A stretch of 32,000 nucleotides of DNA from Ferroglobus placidus DSM 10642 (GCF_000025505.1 NC_013849.1:870001-902000); one strand, 5' to 3'; shown: positions 7,253-15,403, numbered from the stretch's first letter. The notes: generated by a model not told the origin, from the sequence alone. Numbers and translations: made by a program.

Positions 7253-10117
7253 ATGATAAGATCAAAGCTGAGCAGACGAGAGTTCGTTAAATTAACTTCT
7301 GCGGCAACACTGTTTTCTGTTGGACTTAGCAGCTTTGGAAGATACGTTAAAAGTGCTCGTTTTGTAAAAAAAGCTGAAGCTAAAGAGGTAGAGGAGGGAG
7401 TAAAATACGTAAAGACCATCTGCCTCTTTTGCGCTGTAGGATGCGGAATTCTTGCTAAAGTTAAAAACGGGAAGCTCGTTGGAATAGAGCCGTGGACTGA
7501 GCATCCGATAAATAGGGGAAAACTCTGCGTTAAAGGGGCAAGTATAAACTACACAATCACGAGCCCGAAGAGAGTTAGGTATCCTCTGATAAAAGAGGGT
7601 GGAAAGTGGAGAAAAATCAGCTGGGAAGAGGCTTTAGACATAATAGCCAAGAAAATGATGGAAATTCGAGAGAAGTACGGTCCAGATGCTGTCTTCTTCG
7701 CTGGATCTGCCCACACAAGCAACGAGGGAGCGTACCTCATGAGGAAATTCATGGCTTTTTGGGGAAGCAACAACATAGATCATCAAGCGAGAATTTGCCA
7801 CTCCACAACTGTCGCTGGCTTGGGGAACACGTGGGGCTACGGTGCTATGACGAACAATTTTAACGATATGAGAAACTCCAAAGCTATCATTTTCTTCTCA
7901 AACCCAGCAGAAGCTCATCCAGTCAGCTTCTTTCACATTATGGAAGCAAAAAGGAGAGGAGCAAAGCTTATTTGCGCAGATCCGAGATTCAGTAGAACGG
8001 CTGCGGTTAGCGATCTCCATTTACAATTCCGACCGGGAACTGACATAGCTGTTGTCTGGGGGATTTGTCACGAGATAATAAAGAACGGCTGGTACGATGA
8101 AAATTTCATAAGAGAAAGAACGTACGGATTTGAAAAGGCAAGGGAAGTGATAATGAAGTATCCTCCTGAAATCGTGGAGGAAATTACCGGAGTTCCGGCT
8201 GAAAAGATTAAAGAGGCTGCATACATTCTCGCCCACAATAAGCCTGCAACTCTTCAGTATGCGATGGGTGCAACTCAGCACGAAGTTGGAACCCAGAACA
8301 TAAGAGCTTTCGCAATTCTGCAGCTTCTTCTCGGTAACGCTGGAAAGCCCGGAGGTGGTGTAAACGCTTTTAGAGGTCACGATAACGTTCAGGGAGCTAC
8401 GGACATGTGTGTCTTAAGCCATACGCTTCCGAGCTATTACGGTTTAAGCGAGAAAGCCTGGAAGCATTGGGCTAAAGTCTGGGGGGTGGACTACGAGTGG
8501 CTGAAGAGTAGATTTGCAAGCAAAGACTTTATGGAGAAGAAAGGATTTACAATGAGCTGCTGGAGTCTTGGAGCTCTTGCTGGAACGGAACACTATGATG
8601 GAATTGATCAACCATCTCCAATAAAAATGCTGTTCCTCTGGGGACATTCAACTCCTTCAATAGGAAATGTAAAGGCTGTGAAAAAGGCTTATGAAACTGT
8701 CGAAATGATAGTTGTTGTTGATCCGTTTCCGGAATCAGCGGTGGCTCTTGCTGAAAGGGATGACGGCATAATTCTCCTCCCAGCTTGTACTCAATGGGAG
8801 ACATCTGGTAGCGTAACAAACAGCGGGAGACAAGTACAGTGGAGAGACAAAGTCATAGATCCTCTTTACGAATCGAAGTCCGACATTTGGATAATCTTCA
8901 GCCTGGTAAAAGCCCTTGACAAGTACGATCCCGGATTGTACGAGAAGTTCACTAAGAACTTCGGTGGAAAGTCTCCAGATGAAATTACCCCCGAAGAAGT
9001 TCTCGATAAAGAAATAACAGTTGGTGCAAGAGCAATAGGAATGATAGGGCAAAAGAGTTGGAGATTGAAGAGGCAAAAGGAGTACGACTATACATTCGAT
9101 CCAGAAACTTTGAGGAGCATGGCTGGACCTTGCAAGGGTGAGTACTGGGGATTGCCATGGCCTTGCTGGAACGAAAGGCATCCGGGAACTCCAATCCTTT
9201 ACAGAAACGACATTCCAGTGTGGGAGGGTGGTCACGATTTCAGAGTCAAATGGGGTACTAAAGCTCCAGATGGTGAAAGTCTGCTCAGCGGCGTAAACGG
9301 GCACGACCAAATGCCGGGATGGACGACGAATCTTGAAACCGACTACTCCGACTGGCTTGACAAAAACATGGTTCCATCGGGAAGAGGAAGGGCGAGGATT
9401 TTCGCTTGGAATCTCCCCGATCCGGTTCCAGTGCACAGAGAACCTCTTTGGACACCAAAACCAGATCTCGCCGAGAAGTATCCTGCATATGAAGACGAAG
9501 TTTACGGAAAATTCCACTTCAGGGTGAAAATCCATGCAAAAAGTTACCAGATGGCTTGGTTGAAGAAAAAGCTCTACGAATATTCGCCCCTTGTATGGAC
9601 ATCGGGAAGGCAAGTAGAGCATCATGGTGGTGGATCGATGACGAGAAACAATCCAATACTCGCCGAATTCCAGCCAGAGCTTTACGTTGAGATAAATCCA
9701 GAGGATGCTATAGAAAGAGGAATAAAGGACGGAGACTTGTGCATGGTTGTCAGCTTCAGAGGGGTGGAGTTAGGATTTACTCATGCCCACGTGGTTGCTA
9801 AAGCCAAGGTAACGAGTGCTGTGCCGAAGGGTGTCGTCTTCCTGCCTTTCCACTGGGCTGGCGTTTTCGAAGGTAAGAGTTACGTTGAAAGATTCCCGAG
9901 AGCTGAAGGAGAAAGTGGAGAAAGTCTGTCCCCCTACGCTTACGGAGACACCCCCAACATCCTCAATCCTCCAGGCTGGGATCCGTCAACCCAAATGCAA
10001 AACACGAAAGCCGGAATGTGTCAGGTGTTCAAGCTCGAAGCTTACGAGCACCAGTGGGAAAAGGAGGGTGTTGTTAAAGACTACAAAAAGCTGATTAAGG
10101 AGCTTCTTAGGGGGTGA
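7253..10117 (+). CDS. Tat-exported Mo/W-bis-PGD oxidoreductase catalytic subunit, formate dehydrogenase (FdnG)-clade, Cys type
   Basis: 954 aa. It has the twin-arginine motif SRREFVKL and the FeS motif CLFCAVGCG...C. ARICHSTTVAGLGNTWGYGAMTN carries a Cys-His pair (TGC at 7796-7798). MGATQHEVGTQN and FRGHDNVQGATD are FDH-like. Confidence 0.85.
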   Translation: MIRSKLSRREFVKLTSAATLFSVGLSSFGRYVKSARFVKKAEAKEVEEGVKYVKTICLFCAVGCGILAKVKNGKLVGIEPWTEHPINRGKLCVKGASINYTITSPKRVRYPLIKEGGKWRKISWEEALDIIAKKMMEIREKYGPDAVFFAGSAHTSNEGAYLMRKFMAFWGSNNIDHQARICHSTTVAGLGNTWGYGAMTNNFNDMRNSKAIIFFSNPAEAHPVSFFHIMEAKRRGAKLICADPRFSRTAAVSDLHLQFRPGTDIAVVWGICHEIIKNGWYDENFIRERTYGFEKAREVIMKYPPEIVEEITGVPAEKIKEAAYILAHNKPATLQYAMGATQHEVGTQNIRAFAILQLLLGNAGKPGGGVNAFRGHDNVQGATDMCVLSHTLPSYYGLSEKAWKHWAKVWGVDYEWLKSRFASKDFMEKKGFTMSCWSLGALAGTEHYDGIDQPSPIKMLFLWGHSTPSIGNVKAVKKAYETVEMIVVVDPFPESAVALAERDDGIILLPACTQWETSGSVTNSGRQVQWRDKVIDPLYESKSDIWIIFSLVKALDKYDPGLYEKFTKNFGGKSPDEITPEEVLDKEITVGARAIGMIGQKSWRLKRQKEYDYTFDPETLRSMAGPCKGEYWGLPWPCWNERHPGTPILYRNDIPVWEGGHDFRVKWGTKAPDGESLLSGVNGHDQMPGWTTNLETDYSDWLDKNMVPSGRGRARIFAWNLPDPVPVHREPLWTPKPDLAEKYPAYEDEVYGKFHFRVKIHAKSYQMAWLKKKLYEYSPLVWTSGRQVEHHGGGSMTRNNPILAEFQPELYVEINPEDAIERGIKDGDLCMVVSFRGVELGFTHAHVVAKAKVTSAVPKGVVFLPFHWAGVFEGKSYVERFPRAEGESGESLSPYAYGDTPNILNPPGWDPSTQMQNTKAGMCQVFKLEAYEHQWEKEGVVKDYKKLIKELLRG

Positions 10118-10122
10118 GATAA

Positions 10123-10686
10123 ATGCCTCTAAAGTTTCTTGCTGACGTTTACCGCAGTCCGTGCATAAAGTGTAGAGGTTGCGAAGCGATCTGCAGAAAT
10201 TACAATCAGGTTCCCGAGGGGGTTTACAGAATAAAAGTCGTTACGATAAACGAAGGAAAACCCGGGCAGATGAACATACCTCTACAATGTCTCCACTGCA
10301 ACGATCCGCCGTGTATGAAAGTCTGCCCCGTCAATGCGATATGGAAGAGAGAAGAAGACGGAATCGTTCTTGTCAAAAAGGATATCTGCATAGGATGTGG
10401 CTATTGCGCCTCAGCATGTCCCTTCGGTGCACCGCAGTTCAGAAAAGGTGGAGTCATGGGGCTTGACGGAAAGATGGACAAGTGCACCTACTGCGTTCAG
10501 CCATACGACCCCAAAGATGAAAAGGGGAAGGAAATAGTTAGAGAGCCCAAACCGAGGTGTGCGATAGTTTGTCCGACTGGAACGATCGTCGCTGGTGAGC
10601 AGAAAGACATCGTAGAGATGATGAGAAAGAGGGCTGCAGAAAAAATGGCAATCGGAGAGCTCGAAAGAATCTTCCTGTTCTTTTAA
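10123..10686 (+). CDS. 4x[4Fe-4S] ferredoxin-type electron-transfer subunit (FdnH/PsrB-like)
   Basis: 187 aa with four Cys clusters (CIKCRGCEAIC, CLHCNDPPCMKVCP, CIGCGYCASACP, CTYC...CAIVCP). No C-terminal TM helix. Confidence 0.85.
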   Translation: MPLKFLADVYRSPCIKCRGCEAICRNYNQVPEGVYRIKVVTINEGKPGQMNIPLQCLHCNDPPCMKVCPVNAIWKREEDGIVLVKKDICIGCGYCASACPFGAPQFRKGGVMGLDGKMDKCTYCVQPYDPKDEKGKEIVREPKPRCAIVCPTGTIVAGEQKDIVEMMRKRAAEKMAIGELERIFLFF

Positions 10687-10698
10687 CCCGGGATAGCC

Positions 10699-11628
10699 AT
10701 GCTGAACTACACATTTTTTTACGGGTTGGGGAATTTTGAACTCAACAAGTACTGGGGGTTAGCTATCGCTACCTATTTATTTTTGGGTGGACTCGCTGGG
10801 GGAATGTACATAGCCGGATACTTCGCCTACCTACGGAGAAACAGAAACGAAGTTTTTTTGGAAATTTCAAAATTTGGAATGTATTACAGCGGTATAGTCC
10901 TGATTCTCGGACTTCTTAGCCTGATTTACGACCATCCCAACGTTTTGATAGCGGTAATAAATCCGACACTTTTCAGAAATCTTGAGTCTTGGCTGGCTGT
11001 GGGTAGCTGGATCATCCTCTTTTTCTTGGTGATATGGTTTCTTCTGCTGTTGGAATACTTCACGAAGCTAAAAATGCCCGAAAACCTGAAATTCGCTTTA
11101 ATGAGTGTAAATGCGTTTTTTGCCTTCATCGTTATTTTATATACCGCACTCTTGCTTAGAGGTGCTATGTTCGTTCCAATGTGGATGAGCAACTCCCTTC
11201 CGCCACTTTTCGTTGTTAGCGGCATTTCTACTGGGATAGCTCTCTGCACGATTTACGGAGCGGTAAAAGTTAGGAAGGTGGAAAAGGAGTTCAAACTCGC
11301 CGATTCGATTTTGATAATATCCGAGCTTGCACTGATCGGGTATTTGCTATCCGAACTTTCAAGTATGAGCACACTAACATCTTATCCGGCTTTTAGCATT
11401 GCCGCCAAAACAACCCTCGAACTCATGCTGCAGGGAGAATACAGTTCGATGTTTTTCTACGGATTCGTCGGAATTGGATTGCTCTTCCCTCTCGCCCTCT
11501 ACTTCGCCTCTTACGTAAAAAAAGCATTAGCCATAGATTTACTTTCAGGTTTAAGCGTGCTGATTGGAGGGTACATTTTCAGGATAATTGTTATAGCGGC
11601 TGCTGCGAAATCCTTAATCATTCCATAA
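10699..11628 (+). CDS. NrfD/PsrC-type polytopic membrane (quinone-interacting) subunit
   Basis: 309 aa with about 8 hydrophobic segments by eye. Third gene of the A-B-C operon. No His-pair pattern suggestive of cytochrome b. Confidence 0.8.
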   Translation: MLNYTFFYGLGNFELNKYWGLAIATYLFLGGLAGGMYIAGYFAYLRRNRNEVFLEISKFGMYYSGIVLILGLLSLIYDHPNVLIAVINPTLFRNLESWLAVGSWIILFFLVIWFLLLLEYFTKLKMPENLKFALMSVNAFFAFIVILYTALLLRGAMFVPMWMSNSLPPLFVVSGISTGIALCTIYGAVKVRKVEKEFKLADSILIISELALIGYLLSELSSMSTLTSYPAFSIAAKTTLELMLQGEYSSMFFYGFVGIGLLFPLALYFASYVKKALAIDLLSGLSVLIGGYIFRIIVIAAAAKSLIIP

Positions 11629-12231
11629 CATTAGCTCCCTAACAAGCTTTCTGTCGAATTTTAAATAAGCTGCTGCAATTTTCGCAACACCACGGTAAAA
11701 TTCCGTCCTCTCTTCAAGCTTCTTAAGAGCTTTAAACACCCAAACAAATATCTCATTCTCAAGAAATTCCAGCTGATAACGCAAACTCTCCTTAAAATCG
11801 ATCTCATGAGATAAGGCTGAGTCTATCAAAGCAGCCATGAAATCCAGTTCCACCGCAATGTGATCTGGGGGTAGAGTTGAGTTTATTAGATGGTAACCAA
11901 ACTCCCTCATCTTTTCCTCAACTTCGAGACTTATTTTTCCATACGCTCCTTCCCCAAAAACTTCCGATTTAGTAGTTGGAATTTCGCTCGATAACCCTGA
12001 AAAAAACGTAGCGAATTCATTTTGAATTGCTTTTACAGCTTCTTTAACACCCCTTCTCGCCACAAATTCCTCCAGTATTCTGAAACCTTCAACGATATCC
12101 GGATTCCTCGGTAAGTCAATTCTTTTTTCCGCGAGATCTCTAACGAAATCTTCAGGAATTTCTCCAGAAAACAGAGAAGAGAGGAACCTGTAAAAATCTC
12201 TCCTAAACTCCAAAATCTCACGAAGGTTCAT
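11614..12231 (-). CDS. TorD/DmsD/NarJ-family redox enzyme maturation chaperone
   Basis: PPDHIAVELDFMAALI matches the family core motif. The start is set at ATG 12231, preceded by GGTGAGAAAA. The track start at 12267 would overlap the upstream gene by 50 nt. Confidence 0.7.
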   Translation of the reverse strand: MNLREILEFRRDFYRFLSSLFSGEIPEDFVRDLAEKRIDLPRNPDIVEGFRILEEFVARRGVKEAVKAIQNEFATFFSGLSSEIPTTKSEVFGEGAYGKISLEVEEKMREFGYHLINSTLPPDHIAVELDFMAALIDSALSHEIDFKESLRYQLEFLENEIFVWVFKALKKLEERTEFYRGVAKIAAAYLKFDRKLVRELMLWND

Positions 12232-13918
12232 TTTTCTCACCGAAAATCTCTCTGTATAATCCCTCAAAGATTACCACTGGTCTGCAATCATCACAAAACA
12301 TCAAGGAAAACTTTTGTCCGGTTATTTCAGAAAGCTTCAGGTACTCTCTCTTTGAAATGTGCTCCCTTCCACATCTTGGGCACTTCAAAAATTCCTCTTC
12401 CCTTACAACCTTTTCGATTTCAAACTCGTTTAGATCAATGTTCTCAGGAGCAACAAAAATCGCATTTTCCGGGCACAATTTTTCGCAAAGTTTGCAGTTT
12501 ATACACAACCCGTGAATAAAAGTTAGCCTACCTTTTTCCTTTTTCAACGCCTCATTCGGACAAATCCTATGACATGTATCGCAAAGCGTACAATTTTCGT
12601 TCACCTTTACCTTTCCAAAACCTACAGCCTCAATTTTTGAATGCTTCAACTCCCTTTTTTCTTTAATCTTTTTAACAATCTCCACGAGCGCTTCCCTCTT
12701 ATTTTTACCTCCTAATACAAAACTCAAATCCAGAGAATCTTTTCCAACCAGTTTCTTCACCAACTCTACGTCGAATTCCGTTTTCGAAACTAAGTTATCT
12801 ACATTAAAAGCTTCGCACAGATTTTTTGCCAGCTCCAACCCTCTAAAATCACCGTGAGGACAATCGGAACAATGCAGAACGTAAACACCATTAAAACCTC
12901 TTAAAAGCGGGTACAATATCTCAACTTCTGAAAGAGCAGCTATACATGGAACAATTACTGGAAAGAACGTTTCGGTTCTTCCATTTCCAAAAATTTTTCC
13001 TACAGCATCTTCACAAACATACAACAGAACTTTACTTCCCTCGTATTGGGATAAAACGTCGATGATCTCTCTGACAACGTTTTCCGGCATCAAACTGAAT
13101 TTTAATGCATTAGTTGGGCATAAAGCGGAACACCTCCCACAACCAAAGCAGCTTTTGTGCTCAATTCTAATTTTCTCCCCTCTGAACAAGCATTTATGCA
13201 TACACTCGCATAAGTTACAACCGGAAATACCGTTGAAACTTGCCGCACATTTACTTTCATCGTATTCGATGGCTTTAAATTTCACGAACTCCCCAACGTT
13301 TGATACAGCATCTAAAACATCCTCAAAACCAAAAACACCATCTTTTTTAAAGCCCAAATTCTGGAGAAGCAGTTGAGCAACGGTGATCTCACTAACAGAT
13401 TCTCCGGTATGAAGGTTGATTCCGTTGACAAAAACTTTAAAATTGCCCAGCTCTCCTTCGAACCCTTCAACTTTGCCGAGTATCGGAATTCCCACACCTC
13501 TCATCTTCTCATTGGTTGTAACGATGTAAAGCGGATCGAAAACTTTTTGGAGCTTTTTCGCAAATTCAACGTCATTAGTCTCCACGAGAAGAGAAGCGTC
13601 CACATTTACCTCAACCAAATCTCTATCCACATCCAGCAATTTTCCATAGGCGTTTAGTAAAAGTTCCGCTTTTCTTACCGCATCCTCTTGCTTTAAAAAT
13701 ACCAACTCATTCAAATCGAGCTGCAACCTTCCCAAATCTTTAACAGCTCGATAGCTACACCCTACAATATTGAAAAAGTTTTCCGGCTTTTCTTCGCAAA
13801 GGTTGCTGAATATCTCGACATCAAAAACTTCCTTAAGTTTTTCGAAACACTTTTTGTCTATTTTTCCGTTACAAGTACATAAAGCGATTTTCAAAAGTTG
13901 CTCCACCTCTCGCTCCAT
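12218..13918 (-). CDS. Multi-cluster iron-sulfur protein with MvhD/FlpD-like domain (HdrA-related polyferredoxin?)
   Basis: 566 aa. It has two 2x[4Fe-4S] modules (CNLCECMHKC / CFGCGRCSALCP; CTLCDTCHRICP / CINCKLCEKLCP). Between them is a segment (LLYVCED...VPCIAALSEVEIL...GVYVLHCSDCPHGD) resembling the MvhD domain. The C-terminus has a CPRC...CDDC ribbon. Confidence 0.75.
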   Translation of the reverse strand: MEREVEQLLKIALCTCNGKIDKKCFEKLKEVFDVEIFSNLCEEKPENFFNIVGCSYRAVKDLGRLQLDLNELVFLKQEDAVRKAELLLNAYGKLLDVDRDLVEVNVDASLLVETNDVEFAKKLQKVFDPLYIVTTNEKMRGVGIPILGKVEGFEGELGNFKVFVNGINLHTGESVSEITVAQLLLQNLGFKKDGVFGFEDVLDAVSNVGEFVKFKAIEYDESKCAASFNGISGCNLCECMHKCLFRGEKIRIEHKSCFGCGRCSALCPTNALKFSLMPENVVREIIDVLSQYEGSKVLLYVCEDAVGKIFGNGRTETFFPVIVPCIAALSEVEILYPLLRGFNGVYVLHCSDCPHGDFRGLELAKNLCEAFNVDNLVSKTEFDVELVKKLVGKDSLDLSFVLGGKNKREALVEIVKKIKEKRELKHSKIEAVGFGKVKVNENCTLCDTCHRICPNEALKKEKGRLTFIHGLCINCKLCEKLCPENAIFVAPENIDLNEFEIEKVVREEEFLKCPRCGREHISKREYLKLSEITGQKFSLMFCDDCRPVVIFEGLYREIFGEKNEPS

Positions 13919-14196
13919 TCTCTTATTTCCTCAACTATCTTTGCAAGTTCTCTGCCTTTTTCCGTAAGTTTATACTTCACTTTTATTGGAGATGTCGTTT
14001 CCACTTCTCTTTCTACTATTCCGTACTTTTGTAAGGTGAACAGCGTTAGGGAAAGTACTTTAGGCGAAATATCCTTAATGGATTTCTCAAGTTCTGAAAA
14101 CCTCTTCTCACCATCGATTAAAAGGTGAACTATTATAAGAGACCACTTTTTTGCGAGAATTTCTGCGGCGATTGAAAACGGTTTGGTAGTATTCAA
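13891..14196 (-). CDS. HxlR-family winged-helix transcriptional regulator
   Basis: LAKKWSLIIVHLL..GEKRFSELEKSI..ISPKVLSLTL..L.KYGIVER...KVKYKLTEKG is the HxlR pattern. TTG start preceded by GGGGTGGGAGG. Its 3' end overlaps the polyferredoxin start by 28 nt. Confidence 0.85.
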   Translation of the reverse strand: MNTTKPFSIAAEILAKKWSLIIVHLLIDGEKRFSELEKSIKDISPKVLSLTLFTLQKYGIVEREVETTSPIKVKYKLTEKGRELAKIVEEIREWSERWSNF

Positions 14197-14353
14197 CCTC
14201 CCACCCCAATGATTTATTGTGATAATTTTAACAGATTTTCATTTTCAAAATTTATTACATTTTCGCTGGACTAAATAATTATATAAAAAATTTATAGAAT
14301 TTTAGCTTATGATTAATAGAGGATTTATGTTTGAAAAATAGAAGATAATAAAG

Positions 14354-14416
14354 TGTACGCCCGCTGTGCCCACGGAGCTTCATGTTTATCAGCCCGCGGG
14401 GTTCTGCGGGCGTTAA
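14354..14416 (-). ncRNA. Candidate single-hairpin H/ACA box guide sRNA
   Basis: GC-rich island in an AT-rich spacer. It has an 8-bp lower stem (14413-14406 pairing with 14364-14357), an internal loop, and an upper stem of about 10 bp. The upper stem is capped by UGAU...AUGA (tandem G.A plus U.U, K-loop-like). ACA sits at 14356-14354 right after the lower stem, followed by a U-rich tail. Folded by eye only. Confidence 0.5.
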
Positions 14417-14432
14417 AAGTTGGAAGGAAAAG

Positions 14433-14440
14433 AATATAAC
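14433..14440 (-). promoter_or_regulatory. TATA-like box (TTATATTC on minus strand) about 24 nt upstream of the sRNA candidate
   Basis: Position and sequence fit an archaeal TATA box placed about 24-27 nt before a transcription start near 14413-14416. Confidence 0.35.
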
Positions 14441-14458
14441 CGTTACGCAGATCTCTCT

Positions 14459-15313
14459 TTATTCGGTTACTTCTTTAACTTCCCTCGATTTTTTTACCGA
14501 TAAAACGCCGTATTTAAGATTAACCGCTGCTAAGAAAACGAGCAAGTAGCCGAACTGAGCAAACACTCTTATCCACTCCATGCTCGCAGAATATCCAAAC
14601 AGAACTGCGAAAACTCCTCCGACAATGCCCTTGTGATGTAAGGGACTGCTTTCGTCAAATCCGAGGTCGTAAGCTTTTTCAAAGAGCCAGCTTTCGTAAC
14701 CCTTCTCCTCCAAGAATTCGACGAGCTCGTGAGTGCCATAGCCTACGAGTCCAGAGGCTATGAACGTTAGCAGAACGCTTGTGACGTAGAAGAACCTTCT
14801 GAGACTGAGTTTGTACTCAAGCTTGATGATAGCAAAGCTCATCAAAGCTGCCAAACTTATCCCACCAACAGCTCCGAGTACGGTTCCGTGGAGATCTCTT
14901 GCGGCGAAGGGAGTTAAAAACAATACAGTCTCGAACACTTCCCTCACTACGAAGACGAAGGATATCAAAGCTATTCCCCAGAGAAACTTTCTCTTGGCTT
15001 TACTTTCGACCTCCTCCTTAACGTTTTTTCCAGCCATCCACAGGATCATGTAGGTTAAAACAGCTACAGCCAAATAGGAGGCGGTGGCTTCAAAGAGGAC
15101 TTTCTGCTCCTCCTCCAAACCTCCGTAGATGGCAACAGCTCCGAAAGCTGCGGCAAATCCTGTGAAGAGAGCTGCTATTGCTCCGTAGTAAGCGTAAGGC
15201 ACTTCTTCAGCTCTGCCGCTCCTTTTTAAGTAAGCCACCAATATAGCAACAAGCAGCACAGCCTCCAAACCTTCTCTTAGAGATATAACGAACTGCCCCA
15301 ACATGCTTAACAC
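14459..15313 (-). CDS. FTR1/EfeU-family high-affinity iron permease
   Basis: Two REXXE motifs (LREGLEAVLL and VREVFETVLF) in a polytopic membrane protein. The start is either GTG 15313 or ATG 15304. The ATG places REGLE at the same distance from the N-terminus as in EfeU. Confidence 0.85.
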   Translation of the reverse strand: MLSMLGQFVISLREGLEAVLLVAILVAYLKRSGRAEEVPYAYYGAIAALFTGFAAAFGAVAIYGGLEEEQKVLFEATASYLAVAVLTYMILWMAGKNVKEEVESKAKRKFLWGIALISFVFVVREVFETVLFLTPFAARDLHGTVLGAVGGISLAALMSFAIIKLEYKLSLRRFFYVTSVLLTFIASGLVGYGTHELVEFLEEKGYESWLFEKAYDLGFDESSPLHHKGIVGGVFAVLFGYSASMEWIRVFAQFGYLLVFLAAVNLKYGVLSVKKSREVKEVTE

Positions 15314-15320
15314 CGTTGAA

Positions 15321-15336
15321 TTTAGGACGTCCTAAA
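15321..15336. promoter_or_regulatory. Perfect 16-bp palindrome TTTAGGACGTCCTAAA (iron-box-like operator) between TATA box and iron-permease start
   Basis: Read directly. It lies immediately downstream (minus sense) of TTTTTATATT and 8-17 nt before the start codons. The TTAGG/CCTAA arms resemble DtxR/IdeR-type boxes. Confidence 0.5.
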
Positions 15337-15346
15337 ATATAAAAAT
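15336..15346 (-). promoter_or_regulatory. TATA box of the iron permease gene (AAATTTTTATATT on minus strand)
   Basis: AT-rich box about 25 nt upstream of the GTG/ATG start region. This implies a leaderless or very short-leader mRNA. Confidence 0.4.
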
Positions 15347-15403
15347 TTTTCGGTAGCCCTAAAATTTTGGAAAGCGTTTTCAATCCTTCAGCAAACTTTT
15401 AGC

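Noticed and set aside
7796-7798. Possible selenocysteine (in-frame TGA) at the FDH active-site position.
   Set aside because: The codon is TGC (Cys) and the ORF is uninterrupted. There is no recoding and no SECIS-like requirement.
8735-9625. 296-aa ORF on the minus strand inside the catalytic-subunit gene. Similar long antisense ORFs occur at 19136-19534, 19557-19955, 2401-2826, 20868-21254, 30380-30799 and 5160-5676.
   Set aside because: All lie antisense or out of frame within genes that have strong family signatures. Their products are low-complexity Ser/Leu/Phe/Arg-rich strings, typical of the shadow frames of Glu/Lys-rich genes. None has a start context of its own.
14391-14413. tRNA-like T-arm or tRNA fragment (GCCCGC-GGGGTTCT-GCGGGCG contains GGTTC) as a possible integration scar.
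   Set aside because: The loop has 8 nt rather than 7. There is no acceptor, D or anticodon arm on either strand. The same bases are better explained as part of the minus-strand H/ACA-like hairpin.
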